Part shown: positions 48,445-56,435 of the stretch, piece by piece
Position numbering within the stretch: position 1 is the first letter of the stretch
How the letters are laid out: the number at the start of each line of letters is the position of its first letter
Origin: Rickettsiales bacterium
GTDB lineage: Bacteria; Pseudomonadota; Alphaproteobacteria; Rickettsiales; JABCZZ01
Assembly (NCBI GenBank): GCA_035765535.1
Contig: DASTXE010000004.1
Coordinates: 189,137-253,136, forward strand
Length of the DNA: 64,000 nt
Reading direction: 5' to 3'
Position numbers and translations under genes: made by a program
Notes under the pieces: model-generated
Told to the model about the DNA's origin: nothing
The model's input: only the letters and a program-made list of their open reading frames with translations
Database searches by the model: none

Positions 48445-48995
48445 GACTTGATGCAGCAGGAAGTTCTCTGCCCGGTACCTCGGTTCCACGGCATTTTCGC
48501 CATGACCATGGCCAGCCCGCAGAATCCGCTCAGCCCCGCGAAAGTAAGTCCCGCTCCGAAGAACCCAGTCAGCAGCACGAACAGAGGATTCACGAAATAT
48601 GTAAGCAGACTGCCCAACAATACGCAAAGCCCGATGGTAAGCTGCACCTGACGATCCAATGGCAGGAAGAATTTTCCGGAGCGCTTCACCTCAAATCCTG
48701 CCTGCTCCCAGGCGGAGAGTCCGCCTTCCAGATGGTAAATCTCCAGCGCCGGATCTTCCGCCAGTAATTTCTCGCATGCGCTTGCGCCACGTTTGCCCGA
48801 GCGGCAATGCACCACAAGCTTCTTTCCGCTGGCGATGGGAAGCCTCTGTTTGCAGATCGTTGCGAGCGGCACGAGCGCCGCGCCTTCAATACATTCGGCC
48901 TCATACTCTCCCGGCTCGCGCACATCAACCACCACGGCTTCGCCGCTTTCCAGCCAGCGCTTCAATGTTGCAGCATCGATTGACATAATAGGCAT
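48441..48995 (-). CDS. membrane-anchored rhodanese (YgaP-like sulfurtransferase)
   Basis: 184 aa. The rhodanese active-site loop is HCRSGKRG, and the C-terminal part has two TM helices (DUF2892-like). Confidence 0.8.
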   Translation of the reverse strand: MPIMSIDAATLKRWLESGEAVVVDVREPGEYEAECIEGAALVPLATICKQRLPIASGKKLVVHCRSGKRGASACEKLLAEDPALEIYHLEGGLSAWEQAGFEVKRSGKFFLPLDRQVQLTIGLCVLLGSLLTYFVNPLFVLLTGFFGAGLTFAGLSGFCGLAMVMAKMPWNRGTGQRTSCCIKS

Positions 48996-49037
48996 AACGT
49001 CTCCTATAATTTAGATAATGCTAATATCATGGCACCC

Positions 49038-49361
49038 CTACCGGCAATAGATCAGATATAATGTCGACAGGATCGCCTCCACTTCCGGGTTGCAGATCCG
49101 GTAAAAAACCATCTGTCCCTGCTTATCGGCTTCCACCAGCCCCTGATCGCGCATCCTGGCCAAATGCTGCGAAAGCGCAGATTGCGACAATCCTATGATT
49201 TCCACCAACTGGCCGACCGATTTCTCTCCTTTCACCAGATGGCACAGGATCATCAGGCGCTTCGCATTAGCCAAAAGCTTGAGCATCGCCTCCGCTTTCG
49301 CGGCATTGCGCTGCATCGCCTCCATGCCGACCGGTTTCTTCTGCTTCTTTCCCTGTTTCAT
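49038..49361 (-). CDS. ArsR/SmtB-family transcriptional regulator
   Basis: 107 aa with LANAKRLMILCHLVKGEKSVGQLVEIIGLSQSALSQHLARMRDQGLV. Confidence 0.88.
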   Translation of the reverse strand: MKQGKKQKKPVGMEAMQRNAAKAEAMLKLLANAKRLMILCHLVKGEKSVGQLVEIIGLSQSALSQHLARMRDQGLVEADKQGQMVFYRICNPEVEAILSTLYLIYCR

Positions 49362-49425
49362 ATTGACATTATATATTAGTATTTGCTAATATGTCAATGA
49401 CAATCATCTCGCGAAGGAGAAAGTT

Positions 49426-49782
49426 ATGAGCAAATCTTATCCTGAAATCACCAAACGTATCAGCAGCAACATGAAGGTGCTGCGCAAGGATATCGAGAAT
49501 ACCATGCAGGGCTTTTCTGCCATGGCACAGGCCGCCACGCGCGACGGCGCACTGGACAAGAAAACCAAGGAACTGATCGCGCTCGCCATTGGCGTTTCCA
49601 CGCGCTGCGACGGCTGCATCGGCTTTCATACCGAAGCTTTGGTCAAACTCGGCACCACGCGCGAAGAGTTTGAAGAAGTGCTCGGTATGGCGATCTATAT
49701 GGGCGGCGGCCCTTCGCTGATGTACGCAGCCGATGCCATGCTCGCCTACGAACAGTTCAAGGAACAGCAGCCAGCCTCCTAG
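49426..49782 (+). CDS. carboxymuconolactone decarboxylase (AhpD-like) family protein
   Basis: 118 aa with the CxxC motif in STRCDGCIGFH. Confidence 0.8.
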   Translation: MSKSYPEITKRISSNMKVLRKDIENTMQGFSAMAQAATRDGALDKKTKELIALAIGVSTRCDGCIGFHTEALVKLGTTREEFEEVLGMAIYMGGGPSLMYAADAMLAYEQFKEQQPAS

Positions 49783-49864
49783 CCCATCGCCCCTTCAGTT
49801 TTGGATATTGCGGAAGCGCCAAATAAGCTTTAGGTTGTATAAAGCAACTGCTTAAGGGGGATTT

Positions 49865-52800
49865 ATGCGCCGTACACTCTCAGCCGCGCTTTTGGCACTG
49901 GCATGCTGCCTGCCGCATAGCGGGTTGGCTCAGACTTTTACGGACGCGCAGGTGCCTGCCCCTCTCCGCCCCTGGATCTCCTGGTCGAAATACGGTATCG
50001 ATAACAACACCTGCCCTTTTTATTACAGCGATGTGAGCCGTAAAATCTGCGCCTGGCAGACAAAGCTTGATCTCGACCTGAATGCAGGCGGCGGTTCATT
50101 CACCTATAACGTCACGATCTACGATACGCCGGATCAGAAACCGCAATGGCTGGTATTACCCGGCAATGCGGCAGCCTGGCCACAGGATGTGCAGTTAGAT
50201 GGGAAACAGGCTGTCGTGCTGACCGCCGATGGCGCTTCACCCGCAATATTGCTGAATCAGGGGCATTATGAAATCACCGGCCGCTTTCACTGGGAAAGCA
50301 TGCCCGAAAGCCTGAAGATTCCCGAAACCGTCGCGTTGGTACAATTGAGCGTAGAAGGTCATGAAATCGCCACGCCGGATATTCGCAACGGCTATGCGCT
50401 GATTGCCGCAGGGGAAAAGCCCGCCAAGGCCGTACAGGAAAATCATCTCGAAGCAAAACTATTCCGTAAACTCACGGACGGAATTCCTGCGATGCTCGAG
50501 ACGGACATAGAACTGCAGGTCTCCGGCAAACAACGGGAGGAAGAACTGGGCAAGATACTCCCCGCAAATTTTATCCCGACGAATGTGGAAAGCAATCTGC
50601 CGGTAAGGCTGGAACAGGATGGAACCCTGCGTGCTCGTCTGAACCCCGGCACATGGTATATCAACATCGCCGCCCGCGCACAGAATGCGGTCACCTCCAT
50701 AGATCTGCCGCCGCAAAACGGTATCCTGCCGCAACAGGAAATCTGGTCGTTTCAGGAAAATAACCGGTTGCGCCTAGTGGATGTCAAAGGCGTGACGCTG
50801 ATCGACCCGTCCCAAACGGATCTGCCGCCGCAATGGTCGAACCTGCCCGCCTATCTCATGACACGCACAAGCCATCTCACCCTTGCGGAAAAGAAACGCG
50901 GCGTCTCGGAAGATACTCCTGACCGGTTAAGCCTCTCGCGTGATATCTGGCTCGATTTCAACGGACAGGGATATACATTTCGCGACAGCATCAACGGCGA
51001 AATCCGCAAAAGCTCACGTCTGGAAGTGGAAAACGGCGTCACGCTCGGCGATGCGACCATTAACGGCAAACAGCAATACATCACCACGCTGGACGGCAAA
51101 GGCAATTCCGGTCTGGAAGTACGCGAGGGTTACATTAACATGCAGGCCGGGGGGCGCATTGCTCCGGCAAGGACGGATCTGCCGGCAACAGGCTGGAAGA
51201 ACAGTTTCGACAATGTAAGCGAACGCCTTTATTTACCACCGGGCTGGACGCTGTTTGATTACAGTGGCGCTGACAAAGCCTATCCCACCTGGATAGGCCG
51301 CTGGTCCTTGCTGGATATTTTCCTCGTCATGATCGCCACGGTCTCCGTCTACAAACTATTCGGCTTCCGGCGCGCCCTGCTTGCAGGCACGAGCTTCGTG
51401 CTGATGCAGCATGAACTGCCCGGTTTCATTCCGCTGATACTGGCCGTGCTCGCGGCCACAGCGATTCTGCGTCACATTCCTCAAGGCAGGTTCCATCTGC
51501 TAGTCAGCTGGAGTCAGGCACTGGTTTACCTTTCTATCATATGCCTCGTGCTGCCCTTTGCCGTACAACATTTGCGCGAAGCCATCTACCCGCAGCTTCA
51601 CACTGCCCCGGCAAGCTACAACGGGGGCTATGCAATGCAGAATGAAACTGCGCCTATGAGTGGAATAGCAGAAGCAAATAAGCCTGTTGTGCCGCAGGAA
51701 ACAGAGATGCTTGATGCCGCTGCCGTTGCACCTGTTGCTCCGCCACCCGCGCCGATGCTGGCCGCACCGAAACAGCTTTCCATATCCGGTGGCGTTAATG
51801 GTCAGTTAAAGACACGGCGCCATAATGCCTTTGCCAAAATGGAAGCCGGTGCCGGATTGGGTTCATCAGGATACGGCACGCAACCGCAGAACTATGAAAC
51901 CTATGCTCCGGACACCAAAGTCCAGACCGGGTTCGGCGAAACGACATGGCGCAATAACGCTGTCACTCTGACGTGGAACGGCAATGTGGATCCTTCCACG
52001 CACGTTTCGCTGCTTCTGATCTCAGCCAAGCAGAACCTGCTGATCGCGTTTGTGCGCGTGATTGCAACGCTGGCGTTTATAGCCCTGCTCTGCCCGCTCG
52101 CAAAACTCTGCAATCTGCGTGGAACGGCTGCCAGCACAGCTGCGCTCATGCTTGCCTGCGGCTTGAGCTTCATGGCGCCTGATACGGCACGGGCGGATAC
52201 CGCACACACATCCGCATCAGACACAGCCTTTCCGCCCTCAGAACTGCTGGAAGAAATGAAGAAGCGGTTCACGGAGTCGCTCAACACGCCACCCGCCTGC
52301 GCGCCGAATTGCGCAACCATTGCGCATACGCAGATCACGGTCACAAACGATCTGCTGACCATCTTCCAGGAAGTGCACGCGCAGGAAAATATCGCCCTGC
52401 CGCTGCCTGGCGGAACACGCAACTGGCGTCCCTCTGCTGTGATGGTGGATGACAAACCGGCAAAAAGCCTGACCGAAAGCAACGGCTATCTTTTCGTGAA
52501 CCTCACTCGCGGCGTCTATCAGGTAAAGCTGGTCGGCGCGCTTCCGCACGGGCAGGATTCGATAGGCATCAGCCTGCCGGTCGCACCGCATTATACTTCT
52601 GCCGAAGCGCAAGGGTGGAATGTGCAGGGCATACATGAAAATGGGGCGGCGGATAATTCTATCCAGCTCACCCGTACGGAAAAACAGGTCACGGACAATG
52701 CTGCCGCACCGGAAAAATCTTTCCAGCGCACGAGCATCACGCCTTTCTTCCAGCTGGAGCGTCGCCTTGTGCTCGGCACGCAGTGGCAGGTGCTGACAAC

Positions 52801-54079
52801 AATCCGCCGCCTCACGCCGGATGACGAGCCCGCCGCGGTGGAGATTCCCCTGCTGCCGGGTGAAACCGTCACCACTGCAACACTGAAGGTGAAAGACGAA
52901 CTGGCCTTTGCAAGCTTTGACCCTAGTGTGGCACAGGTAAGCTGGCAATCCGTTATCAAGCCATCCTCCGCCATCGCACTTACAGCCGCTAAAGACAAGC
53001 CCTGGGCAGAGCTCTGGCAGTTGAGCACCAGCAATCTGTGGCATGTGAAACTGGAAGGCATTCCACGCGTCTACCTGCAGAATGCAAATGCAAACGGTCT
53101 GTGGCAGTGGCAACCCTGGCCCGGCGAGACACTAAACATCGCTGTTACTCGCCCTGTCGGCGTGGAAGGTGATACGAGCACGATCGACAGTACGACACTG
53201 GATGTCACACCGGAACAGCGTTCGCAGGAAAGCTCACTGGCGATCAGCATGCGCAGCAGCCTCGGCGGACAGCAGGAAGTGACACTGCCTGCACACGCGG
53301 TGCTGCTGGAAGTCCGTAAGAATTATCAGATACTGCCGCTGCAACTCAAAGACGGCGTGCTAACGCTGCCGCTTGCGCCGGGAGAGAACCGGTTCACCAT
53401 TCGCTGGAAAGAGGAAGGCAACCTGCCCGTCCACCTGAAAACACCGGAAGTGAAACTCGGCAAATCCCGCTCGGTCAATGCCACCATCAATATGCAGATG
53501 CCGCAGGAACGCTGGATATTATTCGCCTCCGGTCCGCTTATGGGCCCGGCGGTTTTGTTCTGGAGCTGGCTGCCGGTGATCGTCATTCTCGCGCTGGGAC
53601 TTGGCAGGATACCGTTCACGCCACTGCGCACGCGCCACTGGTTCCTGCTTCTGCTAGGGCTGAGCCAGGCCGCCATCAGTTCGGATATTCTGATTATTGC
53701 ATGGCTGCTGGCGCTGGGCGGGCGCGCGTATCTTGGCGACAGGACAGACCTGCGCAGCTGGCAGTTCAACCTGATCCAGATCGGCCTACTGGTGCTGACA
53801 TGTATCGGCATTCATGAACTGTTCATCAATATCTGCTCGGGCCTCCTTGGCACACCGGATATGCGCATCACCGGAAACGGCTCTTACGGCAGTAGCCTGC
53901 ATTGGTATCAGGATATCACCGGTGCACAATTGCCGCGTGCCTGCGTGATTTCCGTATCGCTGTGGGTATACCGCGTGCTGATGCTGGTCTGGTCGCTGTG
54001 GCTCGCTTTCGCACTGATCCGCTGGCTGCGCTGGGGCTGGGGTAACTTCACCCAGGGCGGCTACTGGCGTAAAGCTTAA
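49865..54079 (+). CDS. 1404-aa multi-pass membrane protein of unknown function, two-module (internally duplicated) architecture
   Basis: Signal peptide ...LPHSGLA/QT, then a ~450-aa ectodomain and a TM cluster (aa ~480-570). A Pro/Ala linker follows, then a second signal-like segment (aa ~755-778), a second ~440-aa ectodomain and a C-terminal TM cluster (aa ~1215-1390). Confidence 0.7.
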   Translation: MRRTLSAALLALACCLPHSGLAQTFTDAQVPAPLRPWISWSKYGIDNNTCPFYYSDVSRKICAWQTKLDLDLNAGGGSFTYNVTIYDTPDQKPQWLVLPGNAAAWPQDVQLDGKQAVVLTADGASPAILLNQGHYEITGRFHWESMPESLKIPETVALVQLSVEGHEIATPDIRNGYALIAAGEKPAKAVQENHLEAKLFRKLTDGIPAMLETDIELQVSGKQREEELGKILPANFIPTNVESNLPVRLEQDGTLRARLNPGTWYINIAARAQNAVTSIDLPPQNGILPQQEIWSFQENNRLRLVDVKGVTLIDPSQTDLPPQWSNLPAYLMTRTSHLTLAEKKRGVSEDTPDRLSLSRDIWLDFNGQGYTFRDSINGEIRKSSRLEVENGVTLGDATINGKQQYITTLDGKGNSGLEVREGYINMQAGGRIAPARTDLPATGWKNSFDNVSERLYLPPGWTLFDYSGADKAYPTWIGRWSLLDIFLVMIATVSVYKLFGFRRALLAGTSFVLMQHELPGFIPLILAVLAATAILRHIPQGRFHLLVSWSQALVYLSIICLVLPFAVQHLREAIYPQLHTAPASYNGGYAMQNETAPMSGIAEANKPVVPQETEMLDAAAVAPVAPPPAPMLAAPKQLSISGGVNGQLKTRRHNAFAKMEAGAGLGSSGYGTQPQNYETYAPDTKVQTGFGETTWRNNAVTLTWNGNVDPSTHVSLLLISAKQNLLIAFVRVIATLAFIALLCPLAKLCNLRGTAASTAALMLACGLSFMAPDTARADTAHTSASDTAFPPSELLEEMKKRFTESLNTPPACAPNCATIAHTQITVTNDLLTIFQEVHAQENIALPLPGGTRNWRPSAVMVDDKPAKSLTESNGYLFVNLTRGVYQVKLVGALPHGQDSIGISLPVAPHYTSAEAQGWNVQGIHENGAADNSIQLTRTEKQVTDNAAAPEKSFQRTSITPFFQLERRLVLGTQWQVLTTIRRLTPDDEPAAVEIPLLPGETVTTATLKVKDELAFASFDPSVAQVSWQSVIKPSSAIALTAAKDKPWAELWQLSTSNLWHVKLEGIPRVYLQNANANGLWQWQPWPGETLNIAVTRPVGVEGDTSTIDSTTLDVTPEQRSQESSLAISMRSSLGGQQEVTLPAHAVLLEVRKNYQILPLQLKDGVLTLPLAPGENRFTIRWKEEGNLPVHLKTPEVKLGKSRSVNATINMQMPQERWILFASGPLMGPAVLFWSWLPVIVILALGLGRIPFTPLRTRHWFLLLLGLSQAAISSDILIIAWLLALGGRAYLGDRTDLRSWQFNLIQIGLLVLTCIGIHELFINICSGLLGTPDMRITGNGSYGSSLHWYQDITGAQLPRACVISVSLWVYRVLMLVWSLWLAFALIRWLRWGWGNFTQGGYWRKA

Positions 54080-54149
54080 CGCTTTTTATCAGTTTTTGAT
54101 TTGACGGGACGCGTGCCATCATTGCACAGTAGCGGGTTAGAGGTTGTTT

Positions 54150-54275
54150 CAAAAGTCGCTAGGCCGTCTGCGAGAATGGTAATTTTCCTGGAACCGCAGC
54201 GCAGCGTACATAAAAGTACGTGAGCAGCGGAAGACAGGAAAATCACCATTTGCAGCAAGGCATAGCAGACTTTTG
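54150..54275. repeat. palindromic element B, copy 2 (~126 nt)
   Basis: Core gaaccgcagcgcagcgtacataaaagtacgtgagcagcggaag, flanked by self-complementary arms (tgcgagaatggtaattttcctg / caggaaaatcaccatttgcagca). Confidence 0.8.
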
Positions 54276-54312
54276 GAATAACTTCTTAGCAAATTGTCAA
54301 ATGAGGTCAGCC

Positions 54313-54597
54313 ATGTCCGCCGCCTGCCCATCCTGCAATACGATTATCCCCTGGTATCAGCAACGTCCGCACCTGGCGTGCCCACTATGCGGTTCCGCCC
54401 TGTCGTCCAACATTCAGACACTCCTGCTGGTCTCTGTCATGGCGTGGGTTCTGGCAAACGTTCCGCTGCTGTTTCTGGATGACAATACACCGCTCGGCTT
54501 CTGGATGACGCTTCTGTCCTCCATTGTGCTGGGAGCAGGCATATTTTACGTGATCATCGAAAGATACAACCGGCTTTTGCTGAGGGGAACGGTTTAG
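54313..54597 (+). CDS. small zinc-ribbon membrane protein
   Basis: CPSC-x17-CPLC ribbon followed by two hydrophobic helices. The start is either ATG 54301 or ATG 54313. Confidence 0.5.
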   Translation: MSAACPSCNTIIPWYQQRPHLACPLCGSALSSNIQTLLLVSVMAWVLANVPLLFLDDNTPLGFWMTLLSSIVLGAGIFYVIIERYNRLLLRGTV

Positions 54598-54691
54598 ACC
54601 GATTCCTGCGGGAATATCGTATGTAAAGACTGGACAACTTAACGCGATTAATTAATAAATTTCAGCCTGCAACCTCAGGCAAGGCAATTCA

Positions 54692-56299
54692 TTGAATAAT
54701 CCGGAACAGTCCCACACATTGTCCTCACCGCTCACCAGCAATAGCCTGCGTGCCTCAGGTATATTCTATTTATTAGCCGACGTCATCAGCATGACATCCG
54801 GCTTTCGTCGCCACGACAAAGCCCAGATAGGTACGGGGCTCGCATTCGGCACAGGCGATGCGCTACTCATAGCATTTGGCGGCAAAAATGAACGCCGCCA
54901 GCTCGATGCCTATATAAAGGAATTAAAAGCACATCTGGAGACCAAAGGCATTGCTATCCCGCGCGAGAGCACAATGGGCGTTGAAGACATGGCAAAGCCC
55001 GAAGGCCTGCTCGAGAATATCTATGATTTCCTGCAAAACCATTTTAATGCCGTTAAGATTACACTGGAAGTTATCGGAGGCATCAGCGCTTTTAAAGCAG
55101 GACTCAATCAGAAAAATCCGAGGAAACAAGCCGCAGCAGCCGTTCTTATAGCGGGCTGGACCGCAGCAGAGCTCGTCCGGGAAAAAGAGATCGATCATGA
55201 AGAATACCGGCAAGCCGGTCCTCTCAAGAAGTTTTTCATGCATATACAGGAAAAACCCCTGCGTCTTGCAGGATGGTCCGGCAATATTGCTAACGTTCTA
55301 GGTCTTGTGGGAACCTTCGAAGAACGAAGCAAGTATCGCAAAGGCCTCGAAGGAGGAACGCCTCATTACCGATGGGACTTGGTGAGCAAAGCTGTCACAT
55401 TCATAGCCAATTCCCTTTATTCCATCTCTACGAAGCCTGACGTAACGACGGAAAATGACGCACTGGCAAATGAAATATATAGCTTCGCAACGCATATTGT
55501 GCGGCAACAGCCTGAAACCATTCGCAAAGGGGTTATAGAACAGGTTGCGGAATTTATAGAAAAAGAAGGCCTTATAAAAGATACAAGGGAACAGGCAATC
55601 ATACGTATTAATCAGGCGCTGGAAAATACGAAGAATGTCTCGCAGCTTTCAGATAAGAAACCGATTCCCGACATCCCGTTACAGGGAAAGCGCTTCTATC
55701 TTTCCGGCCTTGCCGAAGAAGATTACGAAAGCCTGCTGCAAATCGCACAGACGGAGGATTTTCATTTTGCGCCGCTAAATGCCCGCAAGGATGCCAGCGG
55801 CCACAAAATGCCCCTGCAGGATAGCGCACAGCAAATAGGAAGCGTCGATCAATATATGCGCGAGGCCTTTGAACAAGATAATTACATCTTCGCCATACGC
55901 AATGAACAGGGTGAACTGGTGGGCGCAGTCGAACTTCTGGGCCTGAGACAGGAAGGAGAAAAGCATGAGGCAGAAATTGGCATCTTCATAGACAAGCATT
56001 ACCAGCATGATGTGCCTGTAAAGGACGCACTGACAAAGGCGCTGGAATGGGCGCATGACGAATTAAGGTTGAATGCGTTGCGCGCGATGGTGGACCCGGA
56101 AAACAAAGCCAGAAATATTCTGCTGCAGAGGTTCGTCAGGAATCCGGGGCCTGTTGACTCTATTCCTGCAGCACAATCTCCCTACACAGATATAAATGGA
56201 ACGCCAAGGCAGCGTAACTTATACAATATTGGCTCGGATGAACTGGAAGCTATATTATATCCGGATAAGGCCCCGCAAAAACTTAAGGCAGTACTCTAG
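54692..56299 (+). CDS. 535-aa protein: unknown N-terminal ~340 aa + C-terminal GNAT (RimJ/RimL-like) acetyltransferase fold
   Basis: TTG start. The C-terminus YIFAIRNEQGELVGAVELLGL...HEAEIGIFIDKHYQ...LEWAHDELRLNALRAMVDPENKARNILLQRF follows the Acetyltransf_3 pattern. Confidence 0.6.
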   Translation: MNNPEQSHTLSSPLTSNSLRASGIFYLLADVISMTSGFRRHDKAQIGTGLAFGTGDALLIAFGGKNERRQLDAYIKELKAHLETKGIAIPRESTMGVEDMAKPEGLLENIYDFLQNHFNAVKITLEVIGGISAFKAGLNQKNPRKQAAAAVLIAGWTAAELVREKEIDHEEYRQAGPLKKFFMHIQEKPLRLAGWSGNIANVLGLVGTFEERSKYRKGLEGGTPHYRWDLVSKAVTFIANSLYSISTKPDVTTENDALANEIYSFATHIVRQQPETIRKGVIEQVAEFIEKEGLIKDTREQAIIRINQALENTKNVSQLSDKKPIPDIPLQGKRFYLSGLAEEDYESLLQIAQTEDFHFAPLNARKDASGHKMPLQDSAQQIGSVDQYMREAFEQDNYIFAIRNEQGELVGAVELLGLRQEGEKHEAEIGIFIDKHYQHDVPVKDALTKALEWAHDELRLNALRAMVDPENKARNILLQRFVRNPGPVDSIPAAQSPYTDINGTPRQRNLYNIGSDELEAILYPDKAPQKLKAVL

Positions 56300-56435
56300 T
56301 TTCTGCTTGCAGGATAGGCCCAGGAAAGTCTTATGGAAAACTGACTACTGAAATCAATCCAAGAGAAATCATCTGCCAGAACAACATATTCTAACCATAG
56401 ACGAAATAAAGCAGCTTCCTGATCATCTGCATAAC

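Noticed and set aside
54131-54146. Possible att-type duplicate of the tRNA-Gly 3' end (agtagcgggttagagg versus tggagcgggtgatggg)
   Set aside because: Only 11 of 16 positions match, with no extension, which is compatible with chance. Likewise, no convincing duplicate of the tRNA-Tyr 3' end was found near 8940-12000.
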